Source of the DNA: a virus
DNA length: 36,935 nucleotides
Direction: 5' to 3' (one strand)
IMG/VR virus record: IMGVR_UViG_3300038859_000015
Span: 1 to 36,935 of that record
Part shown: positions 1 to 9,570 of the stretch, in pieces
How the letters are laid out: each line of letters opens with the position of its first letter
How positions within the stretch are numbered: position 1 is the stretch's first letter
Translations under genes and position numbers: made by a program
Notes under the pieces: generated by a model
What the model saw: only the letters and a program-made list of their open reading frames with translations
Told to the model about the DNA's origin: nothing
The model's database searches: none

Positions 1-99
1 ACGATCTCAGCACCGCGAACGTAGATCTTTCCCTCCTCCAAGGTGATTGTGTCCGCATCTTGGACATTAAAGTCATCAAGTCGATTGATGCGAACAACA
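1..99. repeat. 99-bp terminal direct repeat, copy 1. Assembly overlap marking a circular or circularly permuted genome.
   Basis: Bases 1-99 (acgatctcagcaccgcgaac...tcgattgatgcgaacaaca) recur exactly at 36837-36935. The repeat lies inside a coding sequence. Confidence 0.95.
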
Positions 100-125
100 T
101 TATTTAGCTTATCACGATAGCTCAT
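1..125 (-). CDS. 5' end of the tail fibre / receptor-binding gene that continues at 36935 across the contig junction
   Basis: The minus-strand ATG at 125..123 overlaps the TGA stop (124..122) of the upstream gene as ATGA. It reads MSYRDKLNNVVRINRLDDFNVQDADTIT and runs in frame into LEEGKIYVRGAEIV, the start of the track ORF 35441..36877. That track 'M' is actually a TTG codon. Confidence 0.8.
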   Translation of the reverse strand, partial: MSYRDKLNNVVRINRLDDFNVQDADTITLEEGKIYVRGAEI

Positions 126-514
126 ATCTTTGACCAATCCCCAGGTTTTGTGTAAACAAGTTGTAGCGCCTCTCTCATGGCCTCGAGCACCACGTCAGCT
201 TCACCATCGATAGTTCCCACAATAGTAACCAAGGCACCACGTCGCTTAACAATGGCACGCTCCCCCACCTCAGGGGATGGGTTAAGCGTCACCGAAATGG
301 GGTCGACATTGTTGCATACCACGACCTCGTTCTTACCAGTGGTGTGATCCTGTGTAACCACGAAAACATCAAACTTAAGCTTCTCGATCTCTTCCTGAAG
401 CTCAATAAGATTATCAGGAATCAGATCAAATAACTTTTCAAAGGCGCGTATTGCCCGATGATCGGGTAGAAACCGGGCAAATTCCTTTCTAAGAAGCGGA
501 CGGGGATCAGCCAT
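122..514 (-). CDS. hypothetical virion/tail-associated protein (130 aa)
   Basis: Intact ORF packed tightly between the gp10-like gene and the tail fibre gene. Its stop overlaps the downstream start (ATGA). No motif recognised. Confidence 0.6.
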   Translation of the reverse strand: MADPRPLLRKEFARFLPDHRAIRAFEKLFDLIPDNLIELQEEIEKLKFDVFVVTQDHTTGKNEVVVCNNVDPISVTLNPSPEVGERAIVKRRGALVTIVGTIDGEADVVLEAMREALQLVYTKPGDWSKI

Positions 515-516
515 AG

Positions 517-1917
517 TTATACCACCAATGGCTCAAGACGAGCCTCCAATCGTGACACTGCTAATCGAGCATCGCTGGTACCTTGGAAACGTTGTATCCG
601 CCAATGGCGCATGGGCCCTTGGCTCAGCCAAACTAACCGCTTATCACGTCGTCCACGGCGACCCGCGCTGATGCCCTTGGGCATGCTCCACGCCTCTCCG
701 TCTAATGAGTACTGTGTCCACACAGTAGATGTCTTACCAAGCTCTGATCGTCCTGACAGGGCCACAAGCTCAAGCTCATGGAAAATAGCGCCATTGCCCT
801 CGTTATAAATAATAAGGGTGCCAAACTCCCACCCCACCGTCTCACCCCAGTGCTCCCCTGAGGCCCGGTTCATTGAACCAATATTAGGTTTCTGAGTATC
901 CCCCACCAACCACTGATCGTAGCACCACACCAGGTGACGAGCGCGGTACGTAGAACCGCGTTCTAAGGACGACCCCAACTCAAACCAGACGGGCTGCCCA
1001 ATAGTTGCTGAAGCTGCAGCATCGTATACCAGCGTGCGATCTGGAAGATGGATAAGGAGAAGCTGGTGGCCCTTGTCAACGCGGGCCTCTACAAAGGAGG
1101 TCTCAAGCTGCTCCTCAGTGTACTCGGCCAGTATCAGATCGATCTCACGGGTGGCCAATCGTGTGCTGCTCCCATTTGCGCCAAGCCACACAGAGATTGA
1201 CTCATGCCTGCCACCGCCAACAAAGGCCACAGCCTCCAAAAATACTGCGCACATGTGAGTGCCAATTACGCCACGCTGGATCTGGGCACCATCAATGCGC
1301 TGGAAAGGGAACCCAGTGCCGCCGATGTTATCAAAGACCTCAATGGTGTAACGGTTGAGGGCATAGGGCTCGTTACGTAGCTTTAACAATGCCTTTATCG
1401 GGTCAGGATCTGCCTCAGATGAGCCGTACTTTAGGGGATCAATCGCAAACGGGTCGTTGAGCTCGGTCACCACCAAGAACTCACCATCAGTGGTCATGAA
1501 GTAACCATCAACCCAGATAACATCCAGTGCGTCACCCAGGTCAGGATCAGTCACTTGCTGCAACTCGCTCCCATCGTAGTAAAACAAGTTCTTATTAGAC
1601 ACCACTGCCAGTCGGTCAAATGAGTAATCAAGGGTAGCGGTGCCCCCTGATCCTACATCACCAATCACAGTAGTTGTTCCGTCGGCATTAACTACTACCA
1701 ACTTGCTCCCCATTACTGAGTAACAGATGTCATTCCAGTTGATGGTAGCACGGGCAACTCCTGGACCACCGGCAAACTGATCAACGCCCTCAGCGTACTT
1801 CAGGTACCCGCTACTGGTCCCCTGAGATACAGGCACAGGCACCATATTAAACGGGTATGACGTCCTAAAATCAGAGGCCTCGTCCGTGTAGATGCCACTA
1901 AGCACTGGGATCTGCAT
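517..1917 (-). CDS. P22 gp10-like tail accessory / packaged-DNA stabilization protein (466 aa)
   Basis: Size and position match P22 gp10. Remembered gp10-like stretches are present (LLLIHLPDRTLVYDAAAS vs P22 LLIIHLPRHVLVYDASSS), and the C-terminal end is similar. Confidence 0.7.
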   Translation of the reverse strand: MQIPVLSGIYTDEASDFRTSYPFNMVPVPVSQGTSSGYLKYAEGVDQFAGGPGVARATINWNDICYSVMGSKLVVVNADGTTTVIGDVGSGGTATLDYSFDRLAVVSNKNLFYYDGSELQQVTDPDLGDALDVIWVDGYFMTTDGEFLVVTELNDPFAIDPLKYGSSEADPDPIKALLKLRNEPYALNRYTIEVFDNIGGTGFPFQRIDGAQIQRGVIGTHMCAVFLEAVAFVGGGRHESISVWLGANGSSTRLATREIDLILAEYTEEQLETSFVEARVDKGHQLLLIHLPDRTLVYDAAASATIGQPVWFELGSSLERGSTYRARHLVWCYDQWLVGDTQKPNIGSMNRASGEHWGETVGWEFGTLIIYNEGNGAIFHELELVALSGRSELGKTSTVWTQYSLDGEAWSMPKGISAGRRGRRDKRLVWLSQGPMRHWRIQRFQGTSDARLAVSRLEARLEPLVV

Positions 1918-1920
1918 AAC

Positions 1921-2403
1921 TTACCCCACTCGGTACCAAGTTTGGGTTGGAAGATCGTACTTCAATCGAAAGAAGTCGTCTGCTGCCAGCGCTGATGGCT
2001 CACCAGTTACCGCTGTGGCACCGTTGCCGTCAACAGTCAATGCAGTAAGCTGTTGCGTGCAGTTAACAAGCACCTCTTGCTTATTAACCACCCCAGCCAC
2101 TGGTGGCAGTGTGATGGTTCCAGCAGCAAAACCTGCCGTGGGGGTGAGGATCAAATGGACATTAGTGTTATCGTCAGCCCCATCGGTGATAGTGATATTG
2201 AACCCAGTGCTTGATGGTGATGCGTACTGGGTGGCGTATTCACCCTGCGAGTTGGCATCAGGAAATACTAAGTTGTCCTGCATGAACTGCAGCATTACAC
2301 TCATTGCTGCCTTACGTGCGTCCCCGTTGTTTGTGCTGAAGATGGCAACCAGGTCTCCTAGTTGAAGCTTATCAACAGCACTAAGTTGGTTTATCTGAGG
2401 CAT
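1921..2403 (-). CDS. hypothetical virion protein (160 aa)
   Basis: ORF with an AGGAGG RBS, located between the gp4-like and gp10-like genes. No function recognised. Confidence 0.6.
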   Translation of the reverse strand: MPQINQLSAVDKLQLGDLVAIFSTNNGDARKAAMSVMLQFMQDNLVFPDANSQGEYATQYASPSSTGFNITITDGADDNTNVHLILTPTAGFAAGTITLPPVAGVVNKQEVLVNCTQQLTALTVDGNGATAVTGEPSALAADDFFRLKYDLPTQTWYRVG

Positions 2404-2415
2404 TGAAAGCTCCTC

Positions 2416-2898
2416 CTAGTAAAGATCAATTTCACCATCAGGACCAGCGTCAACCGGATCCTTAGGTGGTCGAATAAATGGGCTGTCGCGGTAGCGCCAG
2501 GGCTTGTTGCCCTGTCCAGCCGGGAGTGTTTCTGGGAATTGCATCTCGTGCGGCATCGCAGCGCGCTTAAGCAGCTCCTTGTAAGCATCTCGAGCAGAGG
2601 ATTTAGTCTCCATGGATGCGGTCTTGCCCACGATAGGTGCAATCCGAATTGCCAGGTTAAGGTAAATGGCCTCGTTGGCGATGTCAGGCACACTGGTCTC
2701 CATCTCGAGGCTGGCATCCTCAGGAGAAGACGGGAGGGGATAGCCGAGGCGTATCGTCCTCCCGTTCCAGGTGGCCATCATGGCGTCCAAACGCCGCATT
2801 GCCGACTCGAGCTGCTCGGGCTCCAGGTCATAGGCATACGACGCGTAGCCGATCTCCTCGAAAGCTTGTTCAACAAATTGGCGTTTGGTCCAGCCCAT
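2416..2898 (-). CDS. P22 gp4-like head-to-tail adaptor / tail accessory factor (160 aa)
   Basis: Position downstream of the coat gene, size, and the LESAMRRLDAMMATW pattern resembling P22 gp4 (LEAMMAEW). GGAGGA RBS. Confidence 0.55.
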   Translation of the reverse strand: MGWTKRQFVEQAFEEIGYASYAYDLEPEQLESAMRRLDAMMATWNGRTIRLGYPLPSSPEDASLEMETSVPDIANEAIYLNLAIRIAPIVGKTASMETKSSARDAYKELLKRAAMPHEMQFPETLPAGQGNKPWRYRDSPFIRPPKDPVDAGPDGEIDLY

Positions 2899-2900
2899 GA

Positions 2901-3221
2901 TTAGTCCTCCTGAGCCGCTAAGGCCTCAGCGATTTTCTTGACCAAGGTCTTGTCACGAGTTCCATCAGTGAACTCAATGCCAAGCTCAGCGGCCTTCGCC
3001 TCCAGCTCCTCGCGAGTTGGTGCTTCGTCGTCAGTAGGAACACCTTCCAACGCCTCAGCAGGGGTGCGGAACCAACCATCAGACAATGCCTGATCCAGTT
3101 CCGACTCGGCATCTTCAGCTGCGCCTTCAGGGAGCTCTGCTTCAACGATTTGATAATCGAAGAGCTCACCATCCACCTTCAGCTTTTTGCCTTTTTTGTA
3201 GACCATAGTTGGGGTGCTCAT
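2901..3221 (-). CDS. acidic head-module protein with a C-terminal HeH/SAP-like (Rho-N-like) helix-extended-helix motif (106 aa)
   Basis: C-terminus TREELEAKAAELGIEFTDGTRDKTLVKKIAEAL. The ATG overlaps the stop of the upstream mini-ORF (ATGA). Confidence 0.6.
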   Translation of the reverse strand: MSTPTMVYKKGKKLKVDGELFDYQIVEAELPEGAAEDAESELDQALSDGWFRTPAEALEGVPTDDEAPTREELEAKAAELGIEFTDGTRDKTLVKKIAEALAAQED

Positions 3222-3331
3222 TTTTTATAGCCTCCCATCTTCTTTTTACCCTTTTTCTTCACACCACCCTTGGACTTCTTACCGCCCTTGGAGTTCTGAG
3301 GAAGCGGGTAGGATTTTCCGCCGTATGGCAT
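3218..3331 (-). CDS. 37-aa Lys/Gly-rich basic mini-protein (MPYGGKSYPLPQNSKGGKKSKGGVKKKGKKKMGGYKK)
   Basis: Translated by hand; too short for the ORF track. GGAGGT RBS 5 nt upstream of the ATG at 3331. The stop is coupled to the next gene by ATGA. Confidence 0.5.
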   Translation of the reverse strand: MPYGGKSYPLPQNSKGGKKSKGGVKKKGKKKMGGYKK

Positions 3332-3357
3332 AATACACCTCCAGTCATTTAGACTTA

Positions 3358-3381
3358 GTGAAAGAGCGGCCGAAGCCGCTC
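3358..3381 (-). terminator. intrinsic terminator/attenuator after the major capsid gene
   Basis: Minus strand reads GAGCGGC-TTCG-GCCGCTC (7-bp GC stem with a UUCG loop) followed by TTTCAC, 10 nt after the coat stop codon. Confidence 0.6.
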
Positions 3382-3391
3382 AGGTTAGGGA

Positions 3392-4660
3392 TTACGGCTG
3401 GCTAAACAGCTCAATACCAGACATTTCAGGTTGCTTGTTCACCACACCAAATAAACAGTCCAAGCGGTACTTGGTCTTCGAGGTGTTGATGTCAAACTGC
3501 TTCTGCCACACGATCTCAATACCATTATCAGTGGTACCTCGCATCACAGCTGCACCTGCGTCTGCCGGAACCGCCAAGCGGCCAGGCAAAATCTCCAAGG
3601 CGTCCTTCTGCCAGAACGGGTTGATGTATGCATCAGCCGTGTTCAGGAAGGTCAGTGCTGCGCCATTGGCCGGGGTCGCATCCACATTCTGATAGATGGT
3701 TTCAGCCTTCGTACCGCCACCGTTAGAGATAATCGGAGGTGAGATCTGGATGGTACCAGTACCACCACCGCCGGACACGATGCCGGTGACCCGGAAGGTC
3801 TTCGGCTGACCTGTAGCCTGCTTCGTGATCAGGTGCACGGAATCCACACCAGCGATCGTGAAGCAGTCGCCCACCGCGATGGTACCACCGGTGACCGTCA
3901 CTGCCAGATCCTGGTAACGATTATCGACGTTGGCGGTCTCGCCCGTTGCCGCGGTGCTGGTGGCCTGTGGGGTGTAGTACTGGCCTGCACCGTTCACCGT
4001 CACACCAGTGGCAGTCGCTGCTGCCAGGCGGTTCGCGTAATCCATCTTAAACATATCGAAGGAGGCGATGCGACCAACGTACGAGTTCTCATACGCAGAT
4101 TGGACCGCGCCTTGGACGGTGTTACGATTCGCCAGGTTCTCAGCCATGCCGTTGTAATCACGAGTAGAGGCCGCGAAGTAACGATCAAACGGTTGCACAC
4201 CGATCTCGTTCATCAGGGCCTCAGCCTGTGCTACATCAGTGAAGCCGGCAGCAGCGGTTGATTGGGCAACAACCAAAGTGCCTTGTTGCGAGGCGACATT
4301 GGTGATAGCCACGTTGATGTCGGAAGCAAGCTTCTGACGTGCGGCATCGCCAAGACGACCCTCTTGTAAGGCGTCACGTAGCTCTTTGGAGTCCATGATC
4401 CAAGGCACTGACTTGGTAAAGCCCAGTGTCGCTGGAACGGACATCTGGGTGTAGTCCTCAAAGTTACCAGACTGGTCCAGACCATCAAATGATTCCGCGA
4501 TGTAGGGCTGAGGACGCCAAATGGTGTCGTTCGAGCGCTCCATCTCAGTGGAATCGGTGTTGTACATCGACACATTACGTGAGAGCACCAGGGCGTCGTT
4601 GAAGCCCTCTAAGATGTCCTCAAACGCAACGCGTTCTTCTTTGGAAAATGCATTAGCCAT
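3392..4660 (-). CDS. major capsid protein, P22 coat (gp5)-like (422 aa)
   Basis: ERSNDTIWRPQPY and LGDAARQKLASDINVAITNVASQQGTLVV resemble P22 gp5 ([41 protein letters not shown]). The gene follows the scaffold gene. Confidence 0.8.
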   Translation of the reverse strand: MANAFSKEERVAFEDILEGFNDALVLSRNVSMYNTDSTEMERSNDTIWRPQPYIAESFDGLDQSGNFEDYTQMSVPATLGFTKSVPWIMDSKELRDALQEGRLGDAARQKLASDINVAITNVASQQGTLVVAQSTAAAGFTDVAQAEALMNEIGVQPFDRYFAASTRDYNGMAENLANRNTVQGAVQSAYENSYVGRIASFDMFKMDYANRLAAATATGVTVNGAGQYYTPQATSTAATGETANVDNRYQDLAVTVTGGTIAVGDCFTIAGVDSVHLITKQATGQPKTFRVTGIVSGGGGTGTIQISPPIISNGGGTKAETIYQNVDATPANGAALTFLNTADAYINPFWQKDALEILPGRLAVPADAGAAVMRGTTDNGIEIVWQKQFDINTSKTKYRLDCLFGVVNKQPEMSGIELFSQP

Positions 4661-4685
4661 TGCTAAGCTCCTCTATTTAAGTTAG

Positions 4686-5591
4686 CTAACTGGCCTGTTG
4701 ACGTTTCTTCTGACGCTTGTACTGGTGCACCTTTGAGTAGTCACCAGTGCGCGAAGCCTCGTCGCGAAGCCGCTCTAGTTCTGAGTCAACCGATCCTGAT
4801 TTGGGAGCGGTACCTGTTACCGTCTTCTCAGGCGGTGGTGCTTTACGATTTTTCACTTTGAGTTGGGTCTCCAGTTTGGCAACCGCAAAGCTAAACTTCA
4901 CGGGGTCTTTAATAGCAGCGAGTTCCTTAAGCTTGGCCTCATTCTTGCCAAGGGCGTAAATTGTTAAAGCTGGGTCATCTGCGCCCTGCACCACGATTCC
5001 CTGCTGAGTTTGGTCAAACACCCCAAGGACGTTGGCCTCAGCGTCATCGAAGTCCTTTACCTTCAATTTCGATTTCTTCTCAGCATACACGTTCAACTTC
5101 TCTTGCCAAGCCTTTTGTTGGGCCTCCTGAGCAGCCTCAGCGTCAGCAGCTTGCTGATCAGCCTGGCGTTTCTTGTCGTACCAACTAGCCAGCTCAGCCT
5201 CGTATTTCTCCGTGTCGTAGTCGTGATCCTCTAACTTCGGCTTAGGGCCAAGCTTCACCTGAGTTGCCTCTGGTTGATTCATGGCCTCGAGCTTCTGCTT
5301 CAGCTCACGGTTCTCGCGTTGGGTCTCACGGTGCGATTTACGGAGTTCTTTCACCCATGCAGGTGCTTTCTGCTCCTCGCTCTCCTCTGGGGATGGCGTA
5401 TCCCCAATTGTCACAATCACTTCATCCGCGTCATCAGATGTTTCTTCCTCTTCACCAGGCTCCGAGGTACTCTCGGCCTCTGCTTCAGTGGTTTCCTCAT
5501 CTTGTTCCTCAACCTCAGAAGTTTCCTCTTCGGTTTCAGTTTCTTCGATGACTACGTCTTCAGTTTCTTGATCTTCTGCCTCTGTTCCCAT
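4686..5591 (-). CDS. scaffolding protein (301 aa; Glu/Asp-rich N-terminus, coiled-coil body)
   Basis: Located between portal and coat. Strongly acidic low-complexity N-terminus and a Lys/Glu-rich helical remainder. Confidence 0.7.
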   Translation of the reverse strand: MGTEAEDQETEDVVIEETETEEETSEVEEQDEETTEAEAESTSEPGEEEETSDDADEVIVTIGDTPSPEESEEQKAPAWVKELRKSHRETQRENRELKQKLEAMNQPEATQVKLGPKPKLEDHDYDTEKYEAELASWYDKKRQADQQAADAEAAQEAQQKAWQEKLNVYAEKKSKLKVKDFDDAEANVLGVFDQTQQGIVVQGADDPALTIYALGKNEAKLKELAAIKDPVKFSFAVAKLETQLKVKNRKAPPPEKTVTGTAPKSGSVDSELERLRDEASRTGDYSKVHQYKRQKKRQQAS

Positions 5592-5679
5592 TTCAGACTC
5601 CGTTAATTAACTCACCCACTAAAGCGGCTGGGTGGTTGGCCGCGTTCAACTAAGTATCGGATTTGGACTCAATACTCAG

Positions 5680-7734
5680 CTATTCTTGAACAGGTGATCC
5701 TGGCACATCGGGCGGGGTAACTCGTGGCCCCAACTTCTCAATGACCTCCATCGCCTGTTGTTGCTCCTTACCGTCGATGTCCACAATTGTCTCGGCGGTC
5801 TCAGCTCGGGCCTTATCGGCCTGTGCTTGCTTCAATATTGTGTTCGCTTGCTTCTCACTGGCCTCAGCAAGCTCCTTCGCAGCGGCGGCCTCCAGGTACT
5901 GGTCCTGGGCTGATGGTTCAGCGTTGGCCTGCTCCTGCGCCAGTTGCTGCGCCTCCTCCTCGGTGGGCTTGATCACGCCCATACGCAGCAACTTCATGCG
6001 AAAGTACTCGCGCACGTCCTCAACACCCTCGCCCTCCATGTTCATCATGGTCATGGCACCAAGCACCTGCTTGGTCTCCGGGTCGTCGGTCTTCTCCATC
6101 ATGGTGGTTAGGGCACGAACCGTGGCCATCCGTCGCGTGGAGCTGGATGGGCCAACTGAGGTGACGACCTTCATTTTAGCATGGCTAAGGTCGTTTTCGT
6201 ATATTACCTCACCACCCTCACCCAGGGCGGGACGATTGAGTTGCACCGCACCGGCAGCCCCGTCCTCAGTCAGGGTCTCCATCTCTCGGTCATCCTCAAC
6301 ATAAGTGTCCTTGGCCATACTGAGCCACACCTCACCGCAGCGCTTCATGGCCTTCGCAAAGTTGGACATATAAATGAACGTCTGCATATCAAGTCGGTTC
6401 TGAATCAGGTGCGCTGTCTCGGTGGAGATGCCGCCTTGCATCTGCTCGCCCTGTTGGTTGTTACCAAGCAGGTCATTGATGTCATCCTCAGTCAGCTGCA
6501 GCAGCGCCGCCAGGGCCTGAGGAATCATCGCTGTCTTGGTGTACGCAATCGGTCCCATGGACTGCTCATTGCCGTTCAGGTCCTCAATGGGATTGATCAG
6601 CAGGTACGGGTAGTTCTTGATGTTGTCCTCTTCCCACATCAGTTGGTGGCCAGCGATCTGCTCCGGGGTCAGGATCGGCTTTTCCACTGAACCGAGAGCG
6701 CTGATCTCACCCAGCTTACTCAGTTGCATGTTCTTCAACATCTGCGGGTCCTTGGCCAGACGTACCTGACCCATGCAACGCTCGACGTTATCAATGAACC
6801 ACCGCTTGCCGTACACTGGGATGATGGGAATGCAGTTGCCAGCAATGTAACCACAGTCCTCAAGCACCGCGGCCCCGGACATGATGTACTTATGGATGCG
6901 CTTCTTGCGGATCTTCTTGGTGCGAACCTCCTCGGCTCCAACGGACTCGAGCACCTCAAGCTTCTCCTCAAGTTCCTCATCAGTGAGCCGCTCCTCCTTA
7001 CCATCAAGATGCTGCCAGATATGGATGGTTTGACGCGTCTCCTCGACCTGGTAATACTCAGCAACGTAGACGACATCGGGCGTGGCCCAATCAAACTCGT
7101 GGTCGTATACCGTCTTCGGCCAGGATGAGACGTCGTCATTCCACTCCTCCTCATAGGCCTCACGGGTCATGGAGGTCAGCACCCAACAGCGTTTGGCATC
7201 AGACTTATCCTGACGCTTGGCCTGTAGATCAAAGTACACCGAGGAATCAGCGTCGAAGATGGGCTCAATCATGATGCGCTGTTGGTCATCATCCGGGTCC
7301 TCATCGTCCTCGTACTCAGTACGAAGCCGCCAGGCGCCAAAGCCACCCCCAACCGCCTCCTCAAAGGCGTTGTCATAGGCCTCATCGGCCACTGAATCAT
7401 TCTCATCCGCGCGGTACAACCCGTCACAGGTATCAGCCAACCGATCGTTGACCTTACCGCCCTTGGCCTTGAAATCAACTGAGATGCGGTTGTTGCGGTA
7501 CTCGTTGATGATACGGATCACCGACAGATGGATCTTGTTCACCTCGAACTTCGGCTTGTTCTCAAACTGCTCGGTCAGTGGTCCCTCCCACTGCGCACCT
7601 GCGATTGAGTAGAACCGTCGATCTTTCAGGCACTGTAGCCGCTCATCGCGCAAAGCAGATTGGGTGTCATCAAACTCAGTGATGGCACTGTAATGAACAT
7701 CTTTAAGGCGTTCTGCTTTCGTTTGTCTAGGCAT
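5680..7734 (-). CDS. portal protein, P22-like (about 684 aa)
   Basis: Size and position immediately after TerL, plus an N-terminal KDRRFYSIAGAQWEG-type motif. The ATG at 7734 is preferred to the TTG at 7749 given in the track. Confidence 0.85.
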   Translation of the reverse strand: MPRQTKAERLKDVHYSAITEFDDTQSALRDERLQCLKDRRFYSIAGAQWEGPLTEQFENKPKFEVNKIHLSVIRIINEYRNNRISVDFKAKGGKVNDRLADTCDGLYRADENDSVADEAYDNAFEEAVGGGFGAWRLRTEYEDDEDPDDDQQRIMIEPIFDADSSVYFDLQAKRQDKSDAKRCWVLTSMTREAYEEEWNDDVSSWPKTVYDHEFDWATPDVVYVAEYYQVEETRQTIHIWQHLDGKEERLTDEELEEKLEVLESVGAEEVRTKKIRKKRIHKYIMSGAAVLEDCGYIAGNCIPIIPVYGKRWFIDNVERCMGQVRLAKDPQMLKNMQLSKLGEISALGSVEKPILTPEQIAGHQLMWEEDNIKNYPYLLINPIEDLNGNEQSMGPIAYTKTAMIPQALAALLQLTEDDINDLLGNNQQGEQMQGGISTETAHLIQNRLDMQTFIYMSNFAKAMKRCGEVWLSMAKDTYVEDDREMETLTEDGAAGAVQLNRPALGEGGEVIYENDLSHAKMKVVTSVGPSSSTRRMATVRALTTMMEKTDDPETKQVLGAMTMMNMEGEGVEDVREYFRMKLLRMGVIKPTEEEAQQLAQEQANAEPSAQDQYLEAAAAKELAEASEKQANTILKQAQADKARAETAETIVDIDGKEQQQAMEVIEKLGPRVTPPDVPGSPVQE

Positions 7735-7736
7735 AA

Positions 7737-9089
7737 TCAACGGTTCCAATGGTGTTGGCTGCCCTGCGGAGCAGCGAGCTTAGTCTCTTTCTTCATGGTC
7801 ACCGGCCAGATGTGATCAATGCAGTAACCGATGGCGGTCGTGATGTGCTGATACTCACCATCCTCTTCTAAGAAGGTACTGCCTTTCTTCGTCTGCACAG
7901 TGGCCAAACCCTTATGGCAGTACGGCGCCAACTTGGTATTCACGAACAGTGACACCTCATCAGCCGCATTCCGGATCTTGGCGCGCACTGCGTTCTGCCG
8001 ATCACGAATGGCAGGGGCAGCGGGTTTGATCTGGCGTTGCACGTGCCAACCATGCTTCTTTAGCACTGATTCAATCTCAGTGTAGTCAGAGGCGTGACCA
8101 TGCTTCTCACCAGCCTTACCAGCGGGGTCGCCAAACAATAACAACTTCTTGTTCTCATGATCTTTATACCGATCACAGAACTCCAAGGCTGACTGACGCG
8201 CCACCGCTGACGTTAAGATGACCTCATCCAAGATATAAAGGTCCTTACCCTTGTTGCGACGCACCCCGACCCCTGAGCTCAGAGGTGTATAGTTAAAGTC
8301 ATGGAACCAATGCAGCTGCTCATGGGGCTTAATCGTCTCATCGGTGTAGTTGTCAGCTGAGTAGTCCTCATAGATCTTGCCTGAGGCGGTCTCAAACGAG
8401 GCCTCGTACTCCTGCTTGTACTGCCGCTTAGACATCCGTCGCTTCGCTGCATCGATCACATCAGGCGGCAGAATATCGGCGGAGTGCCAGGTGAACAGAT
8501 CCCATTCAGGATCATTAGCGGTCTTAGCATACTCTGCCATCTCGTAATAGTGGTTTAATCCATCAGGCACACCCAGCAACCAGCACCAGGCGCGGTAATC
8601 CGGTTTCAGTGGGTTGAAGGTGTCAAGCGCTGGAGAGATGTTCTCAGCCCAGGCATTCTCTTTAACGTCAGCAATCTCATCAATGCCGCCGCCCGCCCAG
8701 AACGTACCCTCAATACGCTGTGGTTGATCAAGACCAATGAGTGTGACAGATGCGCCATTAGGTAATTTGATCGTCAGTTCAGATTCAGAGATAGCATCAC
8801 GGGACAGCAATGGGGCGAAGCACAACAGCTTCATGTCTTCCCAGTAGATCTTCTTGACCTGGTTCCGGGTAGGTGCCGCGATGAAGTACGGCTCACCAGG
8901 GTTAGCCATCATGGTCTTAGCCATGAAGCGCTTGAATCTTTCTGTCTTGCCAGAGCGGCGACCAGCAGGTACCACCTTAAACCGTGAAGGGCTATTGATG
9001 AGACGAAGTTGCTCAGGATGGTCAATAAGATCGTACCACCGTTGCATACAGCGTAACTGGGCTGGACTCATCTTCTCTGCAGCTGTCAT
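7737..9089 (-). CDS. terL: terminase large subunit (450 aa)
   Basis: Walker A-like VPAGRRSGKTE and a C-terminal nuclease-type region. ATGA overlap with TerS. Confidence 0.85.
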   Translation of the reverse strand: MTAAEKMSPAQLRCMQRWYDLIDHPEQLRLINSPSRFKVVPAGRRSGKTERFKRFMAKTMMANPGEPYFIAAPTRNQVKKIYWEDMKLLCFAPLLSRDAISESELTIKLPNGASVTLIGLDQPQRIEGTFWAGGGIDEIADVKENAWAENISPALDTFNPLKPDYRAWCWLLGVPDGLNHYYEMAEYAKTANDPEWDLFTWHSADILPPDVIDAAKRRMSKRQYKQEYEASFETASGKIYEDYSADNYTDETIKPHEQLHWFHDFNYTPLSSGVGVRRNKGKDLYILDEVILTSAVARQSALEFCDRYKDHENKKLLLFGDPAGKAGEKHGHASDYTEIESVLKKHGWHVQRQIKPAAPAIRDRQNAVRAKIRNAADEVSLFVNTKLAPYCHKGLATVQTKKGSTFLEEDGEYQHITTAIGYCIDHIWPVTMKKETKLAAPQGSQHHWNR

Positions 9090-9481
9090 CCTGGTAGTTT
9101 ACTCGCTAGTTGCTTCATGACTTCAGTTAAAGCATCGGCTGTGTTCTCATCAGTACCGATTGTCTGCGCTGCGAGTCGTGGCACGTAGTACGGTGCCGCT
9201 GCTTTGGCAGCATCTATCTGCTCAGGCACGGTGGGCCAATAATCTTCTTCAACCCATTTCCGTTCTTTCTCCTGACCTTTCTTTGGGCCACGACCGTGGT
9301 AGATAATATGCAACTTCTTTTGCTTAAAGCATTCGCCGTTTGCAGCTCTTAGTAAGATTTCATGTGGAAGTAGTCTTCCCTCTTCATTTGCTTTGAGCTT
9401 GGCAGCTTCTTGTGCTTTAGCTGTGATGCGCTTTGTGCCGCGCTTGGGTCCAGATCCAGGCCGTGGGCCGCCTCGTGACAT
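9086..9481 (-). CDS. terS: terminase small subunit (about 131 aa)
   Basis: N-terminal GGPRPGSGPKRG and the AAKAAAPYYVPRLAA motif typical of small terminases. Lies directly upstream of TerL. Start is ATG 9481 (the track gives GTG 9496). Confidence 0.7.
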   Translation of the reverse strand: MSRGGPRPGSGPKRGTKRITAKAQEAAKLKANEEGRLLPHEILLRAANGECFKQKKLHIIYHGRGPKKGQEKERKWVEEDYWPTVPEQIDAAKAAAPYYVPRLAAQTIGTDENTADALTEVMKQLASKLPG

Positions 9482-9570
9482 ACTGCCATGCTCCACAATG
9501 GTAGGTTAATCGAATTCACATGCTTGGGATTATGGCGCGCGAAAACGATTCCGTACACACGATTTATGGC

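Noticed and set aside
1-99. The terminal repeat as genuine T7-style direct terminal repeats
   Set aside because: The repeat is exactly 99 bp and lies within a coding sequence that reads through the junction. The genome has P22-type packaging and morphogenesis genes, so an assembly overlap is the simpler explanation.
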